A DNA stretch of 64,000 nt, taken from assembly GCA_963803705.1 (NCBI GenBank), contig CAWDNU010000002.1:32753-96752 (forward strand). Reading direction: 5' to 3'. The DNA is from an uncultured Pseudobdellovibrionaceae bacterium. GTDB lineage: Bacteria; Bdellovibrionota; Bdellovibrionia; Bdellovibrionales; UBA1609. The position numbers were made by a program, and so were the translations under genes. The notes under the pieces were generated by a model. It had not been told where the DNA came from, searched no databases, and saw nothing but the letters and a program-made list of their open reading frames with translations. Below are positions 59,106-64,000 of this stretch, in pieces. The stretch's first letter is position 1, and each line of letters starts with the position of its first letter.

Positions 59106-60314
59106 ATGCGATCAACTACTCTTTTTGTAAGCTTATTTTTAATTCAGGTGACAGTTCTTGGCGCCGAGCAGTCGTGTGGTTCCTTTTTAGGCTATGCTTC
59201 TAGTCAAACTGCTGCCTCCAAACCAGATATATCCACAGAAGCTCAGTTCAATGCGCAGCTAGGATTGGTGGTCGATGCAGAAACTCTAATGAGTTTTATC
59301 GAAGTCTTAAAGCCGAAGGCTAGAAAATACTCTGCTAATGATAAAAAAAATTTTGTAAGAAGAGGTTTAGTTGAAATTGAATCATTAGCAACCTCAATCA
59401 CGGACAGAATAGATCATGATACACGTCTTGATATTCTTCGAATATTTATTGCTTTAAGGTACAACAGTGTTTCAGTTAGGTTTGTTAAGGCACTAGAAAG
59501 AGCCACTATTCAAGACATCAGCACCAACGATTTAAATGAAAGTGATTTAGAAGACTCCGAAGCGCTATCCTCTTACATCTTCGTGATGTCCAGGCTTCGT
59601 TTGAAGCCAACCAGTAATTTTATCAAATTTGTGGAAAGGCAGTTTATTAGTAATCCTCATCTTTACAGTTCTAATCAGCTATCAAGTCTCATGCTGGGTT
59701 TAACTTCGCTAGGAGTTAAACCTTCAGCTTTGTTCTTGCAATCATGGCAAGACAGATACATTGAAGTTAAATCGACCTTTCACAGTAAAAATACTGCTAA
59801 TAGTCTTTATGCTATTTACCTTCTAGGCTCTGCAGAAATGGTAAGTTGGTTCGTCCAAAACACTGCTAAAGAGGCTTGGGATAAAATAGATAACGAAATT
59901 GAAAGACGACAAGTCGCTCAAGTCTTAGAGTATTTCAATAAAGTTCACAATATTTCGCTTCAACCCATCGCAGACTTTGAAGGTCAATTTAAAGCTTTGG
60001 TTAGAAGACGCCAGGGTAGACCTTCTGTTGATGAGGCAAGACTTAGTCAGGTTCTAACCACGGTTGGTACTGATTTTGTTTCTGAGTATCAAACAGACCC
60101 TGGATTTATAGTAGATTTTTATCTACCTGAACATAATCAGATTATTCAAGTGGACGGTCCGTCGCACTTTATAAAAATCATGGAAAAATTTAGGTGGATT
60201 GAGCGGCGAAGACCTCAAGATACTTTGATCGATGAAGTCCTAACCCATTACAGATATAACGTCAGACGATGGCATTACAACCAACCCCTAGACTCATTTT
60301 TAAAACTTCGCTGA
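59106..60314 (+). CDS. Exported helical-repeat protein with a C-terminal RAP domain
   Basis: SEY...GFIVDFY.....IIQVDGPSHF...DTL...L...Y.V RAP-like motif; repeats such as SSNQLSSLMLGLTSLGVKP; signal peptide. Confidence 0.75.
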   Translation: MRSTTLFVSLFLIQVTVLGAEQSCGSFLGYASSQTAASKPDISTEAQFNAQLGLVVDAETLMSFIEVLKPKARKYSANDKKNFVRRGLVEIESLATSITDRIDHDTRLDILRIFIALRYNSVSVRFVKALERATIQDISTNDLNESDLEDSEALSSYIFVMSRLRLKPTSNFIKFVERQFISNPHLYSSNQLSSLMLGLTSLGVKPSALFLQSWQDRYIEVKSTFHSKNTANSLYAIYLLGSAEMVSWFVQNTAKEAWDKIDNEIERRQVAQVLEYFNKVHNISLQPIADFEGQFKALVRRRQGRPSVDEARLSQVLTTVGTDFVSEYQTDPGFIVDFYLPEHNQIIQVDGPSHFIKIMEKFRWIERRRPQDTLIDEVLTHYRYNVRRWHYNQPLDSFLKLR

Positions 60315-61625
60315 AACACCTAGTCTAACTAAAGTAGCAGCTGTTGTGTACTCGCCTGTTAAAGTTGCCGGTGAACCTTGCTGTGGGTCTGGGTTCGCGA
60401 TTGACGGCTTATCTAGAAACACCAATTGCGTAACAGCGCCATGAAAAGTCAGTAAGTCACTAAACTGAAAGCTTGCGCCTAAATTTAAACCCAGGCGATC
60501 ATCATCTACACCGCGCGGCGTCCGGAACGCATCTGGCGGAGCACCTGTCTCGTAAGAAAGGCCACCCCTAAGTGTTAATTTCTCAGTAAAATAATAGTCA
60601 GCACCAGCCGCTAAAAAGTAAGTATCATCCCAATTTAAAGGCGTTACAGAGTTAGTGTCTGAGCTTGTGTTGTTAACTCTAAGTTCATTGAACGATGACC
60701 AACCTGTCCAAGATAAACTTGCGTGAAGATCAAGAGAACTGTTAAGCAAATAACTTGCGCCTAAAGTGATATTATCAGGAATCGTAATTTCAGCTTCGAC
60801 ACTCTGACCATCCCCTAGGCCCATTGGGCCAGCACCTGCGATAATTCCAGCCGCAGTCGGAGTCCTAGGGTCTACAGACTGGTTGCCTTTTAAATTGTGA
60901 GTGATTTGGCTTCTATATTGAAAACCCAGCCTCAATGCATCGCTATGCTTATAAAGAGCAGATAGAGCCGCTCCGAAACCTATATTGTCACCATCAAACA
61001 CCACGTGGGTGTCATTTTGACCGGCTCCACCTGGGGCGGCAGCACCCGTATCGACTCTTCGACCTAACTCGCCGACGGCATACTGAACCTGAACTCCTGC
61101 AGAAACTGCGAGTTTATCACTTACAGCGTAGACAAAAGAAGGTGTGATGTTGATCGTTGCTAAGTATGTTTTTGTAGCTTGATACCGACCAATCCAGTCT
61201 TCATCGTAATCACTATTGGTAGCCCAAGGTACACTTAAAGTTGCCGTTAAATACATTTTTTCAGCTAATTTTTGACCGTAATAAACGCTTGGAAGTAAAG
61301 ATACCTTTCCGAATCCATCAGAGCTACCGCCTGCAGTGTTTGGTGGATAAGTTGTTTGACCATCAAAACTTCCAGATGGGATTAATGTCGTTAATTCAAC
61401 ACTTGCATGTTTACCTTCTTCCATAAAGGCTATTATAGCTGGATTATTAAAGAAACCACTGGCCGTCTTCGCGCCTGAAACATCCGAGGCAAAACCAGTA
61501 CCCATTGTTTCTGCACTTTGGTAGCGCATTTGATAGCCTGCACCAAAAGATTGAAATGGTAATCCTAATGTGATCAAAGAACTCGCAATTATGAATTTCA
61601 CAGTTTTAAAGCATGGTTGCTCCAT
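60300..61625 (-). CDS. fadL: FadL/OmpP1 long-chain fatty-acid outer-membrane transporter
   Basis: AGYQMRYQSA..MG, FNNPA hatch motif, WIGRY, WTGWS.F, C-terminal F. Confidence 0.88.
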   Translation of the reverse strand: MEQPCFKTVKFIIASSLITLGLPFQSFGAGYQMRYQSAETMGTGFASDVSGAKTASGFFNNPAIIAFMEEGKHASVELTTLIPSGSFDGQTTYPPNTAGGSSDGFGKVSLLPSVYYGQKLAEKMYLTATLSVPWATNSDYDEDWIGRYQATKTYLATINITPSFVYAVSDKLAVSAGVQVQYAVGELGRRVDTGAAAPGGAGQNDTHVVFDGDNIGFGAALSALYKHSDALRLGFQYRSQITHNLKGNQSVDPRTPTAAGIIAGAGPMGLGDGQSVEAEITIPDNITLGASYLLNSSLDLHASLSWTGWSSFNELRVNNTSSDTNSVTPLNWDDTYFLAAGADYYFTEKLTLRGGLSYETGAPPDAFRTPRGVDDDRLGLNLGASFQFSDLLTFHGAVTQLVFLDKPSIANPDPQQGSPATLTGEYTTAATLVRLGVSAKF

Positions 61626-61776
61626 ACGTTTCCCCCCTCAGGTTTTTTATCTTTGACATCTTCCCCACGAAAATACACTTTTGTCTTTAAACAATGCGAC
61701 AGGCACTAAACAGTGGTGCAAAGGATTAGGCCTTGATGTTCGTGCTCGTTTAAATCAACATGGAGCCTACCTAAAT

Positions 61777-62271
61777 ATGAAAGAAAAAAAAATAATTATC
61801 ACTTTTATTGCGTTATTGGGTTTGAGTTCTTGTGACTATTTTCAGGATTTCGTGAGCCCGCAAAATCCCGGTGAAGCAGTTGTCATCGCCAGAAAGTCAG
61901 AAATTAAACTTGTTGCATCAAATGATAAGTTTAGATTTATACCTGAACAAATTGTTGCAAGCCCTGGGCAAGTTTTAAAGTTGAAAGTAACAAACCAACT
62001 TAAAACCATGCCCATCATATTCTCAATTTTAAAGAAAGATCAGAACCCAATAGTTAATGCGTACCTTGGTGTGCAAAGAGGCGAGTCTAAACAATGGGCG
62101 CCGCCAAAAGAACATATACTATTTCAGTCCAAATTACTTACTTTCAATCAGACTGAACGATTTGAAGTTAAACTGCCTTTAGAGCCTGGCAATTATGCTT
62201 ACATCTCATCTTATCCGGGCCAAGTTGACGATCTGAAAGGTTTTATTAGAATCGAGAAAAAACAGGATTAA
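61777..62271 (+). CDS. Azurin/auracyanin-like cupredoxin lipoprotein lacking canonical Cu ligands
   Basis: Lipobox LSSC; F.P..I...PGQ...V.N; PGNYAYISSYPGQ...LKG. Confidence 0.65.
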   Translation: MKEKKIIITFIALLGLSSCDYFQDFVSPQNPGEAVVIARKSEIKLVASNDKFRFIPEQIVASPGQVLKLKVTNQLKTMPIIFSILKKDQNPIVNAYLGVQRGESKQWAPPKEHILFQSKLLTFNQTERFEVKLPLEPGNYAYISSYPGQVDDLKGFIRIEKKQD

Positions 62272-62274
62272 AAA

Positions 62275-63528
62275 ATGAAACGAACTTGGTTTAAAGAACT
62301 TCATTGGCAGATTGCCATTGGCCTTATCCTTGGTATTTGTAGCGGATTGTATTTACACACCTACATCGAGATGCCCTTAGTAAGTTCACTTTTGCAAATC
62401 TTTGATTTTGGTGGACAGCTTTTTATAAGACTTTTAAAGATGGTTGTCGTGCCTTTGGTTGCAAGCTCGTTGTTCATTGGGATCACTGGTGTAAGCTCGT
62501 CTAAAGAGCTTGGTGCTATAGGAATCAGGACAGCTATATACTATATTTTTTCTAGCATGGTTGCTATTACAGTTGGTATGATTTTCGTAAATTTGGTAAA
62601 ACCTGGGGTGGGTTCTAGCCTTGCGCAAAGCTTAAATTATGAAGATAGCTTCGACGTCAAGAAACCTGAATCACTTTTAAATAGTTTTTTAACAATGGTC
62701 CCTGAAAATCCGATCGCGTCGTTGTCGGCCTTACCTTTTGACATGTTAGGCGTTATTTTTTTTATAGTTATTTTTGGTATTTTTGCTATGAAAGTTGACG
62801 CTAAAACGCGTAAACCAATTTACGACTTTGTGTATGGCATATCAGAGATCATGACTAAGATGGTAAGCGCTATCATCATGCTGGCCCCTATCGGGGTATT
62901 TTTCCTGGTGACTAAACTGATATCTGCCGTTGGCGTGGACGTCTTTATTCCCTTATTATGGTATTTGCTTACTGTGAGCTTGGCCTTACTAACGCATTTG
63001 TTTATAGTTTTACCAGCACTTATTTACTTTTTCACAAGACAAAACCCTTACTCTTACATGAAACAAATGAGCCCTGCTTTACTAACTGCTTTTTCAACTG
63101 CCTCTAGCGCTGCGACTTTGGCTTTAACAATGAAATGCAGTCAGTTAAATAATAAGGTTTCAGAAAAGGTTTCAAGTTTAGTCTTACCTTTAGGTGCAAC
63201 CATCAATATGGATGGTACCGCTCTTTACGAAGGCGTTGCGGTTATTTTTATAGCGCAAGTACTTGGGCATGAAGTAACCTTGTTTCAGCAATTTGTGGTT
63301 TTAGTTACTGCCTTATTGGTGTCCATTGGAGCCGCGGGCATTCCTCACGCTGGCTTAGTTATGATGGTGATTATCCTAGAGGCTATAGGTCTTCCAGTAG
63401 AAGCCACTGCAATGATTTGGGCTGTAGATAGGGTTGTGGATATGGGCCGCACTGCAATTAACGTGTGGTCTGATTCAACCGGCGCATTAATAATTGAAAG
63501 TTCGATTGCAAAAAGCAATCGGGCTTGA
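62275..63528 (+). CDS. Dicarboxylate/amino acid:cation symporter (GltP/DAACS)
   Basis: FIRLLKMVVVPLV, AFSTASSAATL, PLGATINMDGTALY, DRVVDMGRT.INV. Confidence 0.94.
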   Translation: MKRTWFKELHWQIAIGLILGICSGLYLHTYIEMPLVSSLLQIFDFGGQLFIRLLKMVVVPLVASSLFIGITGVSSSKELGAIGIRTAIYYIFSSMVAITVGMIFVNLVKPGVGSSLAQSLNYEDSFDVKKPESLLNSFLTMVPENPIASLSALPFDMLGVIFFIVIFGIFAMKVDAKTRKPIYDFVYGISEIMTKMVSAIIMLAPIGVFFLVTKLISAVGVDVFIPLLWYLLTVSLALLTHLFIVLPALIYFFTRQNPYSYMKQMSPALLTAFSTASSAATLALTMKCSQLNNKVSEKVSSLVLPLGATINMDGTALYEGVAVIFIAQVLGHEVTLFQQFVVLVTALLVSIGAAGIPHAGLVMMVIILEAIGLPVEATAMIWAVDRVVDMGRTAINVWSDSTGALIIESSIAKSNRA

Positions 63529-63706
63529 CCAATTTTGAATCACATTAGACTCGCCTTACTTTCTTGAATTTGTAGTTCTAAGAATTAAATAATGAATTTT
63601 TTATATGTTTAACCAATGGACTATGTCTGTAAAGATTGCCTATTGATTCAGCTGACCTTGAAAAAAAAACCATATAGGTGCTATAAATTGTCACCGGAGG
63701 AATTTA

Positions 63707-64000
63707 ATGAATATTTCAGATGTAGAGACTGTCGAGCTTAATCCTAACGTCGAGCCTAGCCAAAAATCAGAGATTGAATCTAACGTGGAATCAATCACTC
63801 CTAGCGAAGCTGCCGAAACAAATGTGGAATCTGATGACAAAAAAGAGCTTACGCCTAATGTCGAACCAATTGTCGAAATGGTTTCCGCTGACACTGATGT
63901 TGAAAGTGAAGCCTTTGTAGACGAAGAAGATTTGGATGAAGATTTAAATTTCAATCTCGATCAAATTGATAATATATTAGATTTAGACGAAGATTCCTAT
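63707..64000 (+). CDS. N-terminus of an acidic low-complexity protein (partial, runs off the window end)
   Basis: GGAGG RBS; ATG 63707 open to the end: MNISDVETVELNPNVEPSQKSEIESNVES...EEDLDEDLNF. Confidence 0.7.
   Translation, partial: MNISDVETVELNPNVEPSQKSEIESNVESITPSEAAETNVESDDKKELTPNVEPIVEMVSADTDVESEAFVDEEDLDEDLNFNLDQIDNILDLDEDSY

Noticed and set aside
63691..63954. Ser-rich minus-strand ORF
   Set aside because: Shadow of the acidic + strand CDS that starts at 63707 with a strong RBS.

Overview
AT-rich bacterial chromosomal segment (GC roughly mid-30s % by eye). The gene content (GYF+PilZ protein, many secreted hypothetical proteins, S8 lipoprotein protease, orphan GspC-like PDZ protein) suggests Bdellovibrionota; this is an inference, not a database result. 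Most of the window is housekeeping or envelope genes (yegD-like, arfB, corA, exbBD, rpmG, pdxJ, phoB/phoR-like pair, nrnA, mgtE, greA, sohB, M16 peptidase pair, LysR, PPDK regulator, nusB, nrdR, RsmB, Pif1-like helicase, two OMPLA, AGCS and DAACS symporters, fadL). An accessory block of about 6.8 kb next to a tRNA(CAT) holds two toxin-antitoxin loci (one decayed), a 1055-aa exported ankyrin protein and an exported IucA/IucC-like protein. Most notable: (1) three unrelated signal-peptide proteins with cytoplasm-type domains (ankyrin, IucA/IucC-like, helical-repeat + RAP) share a terminal C-x-S-[F/Y]-L motif, a candidate tag for an undescribed effector export or sorting route; (2) a secreted eukaryote-like RAP-domain protein; (3) a perfect 40-bp hairpin tandem array that runs into the RBS of the PhoB-like regulator; (4) three genes that appear to have lost their middles through internal deletions. 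No CRISPR array, rRNA, integrase or transposase was seen.
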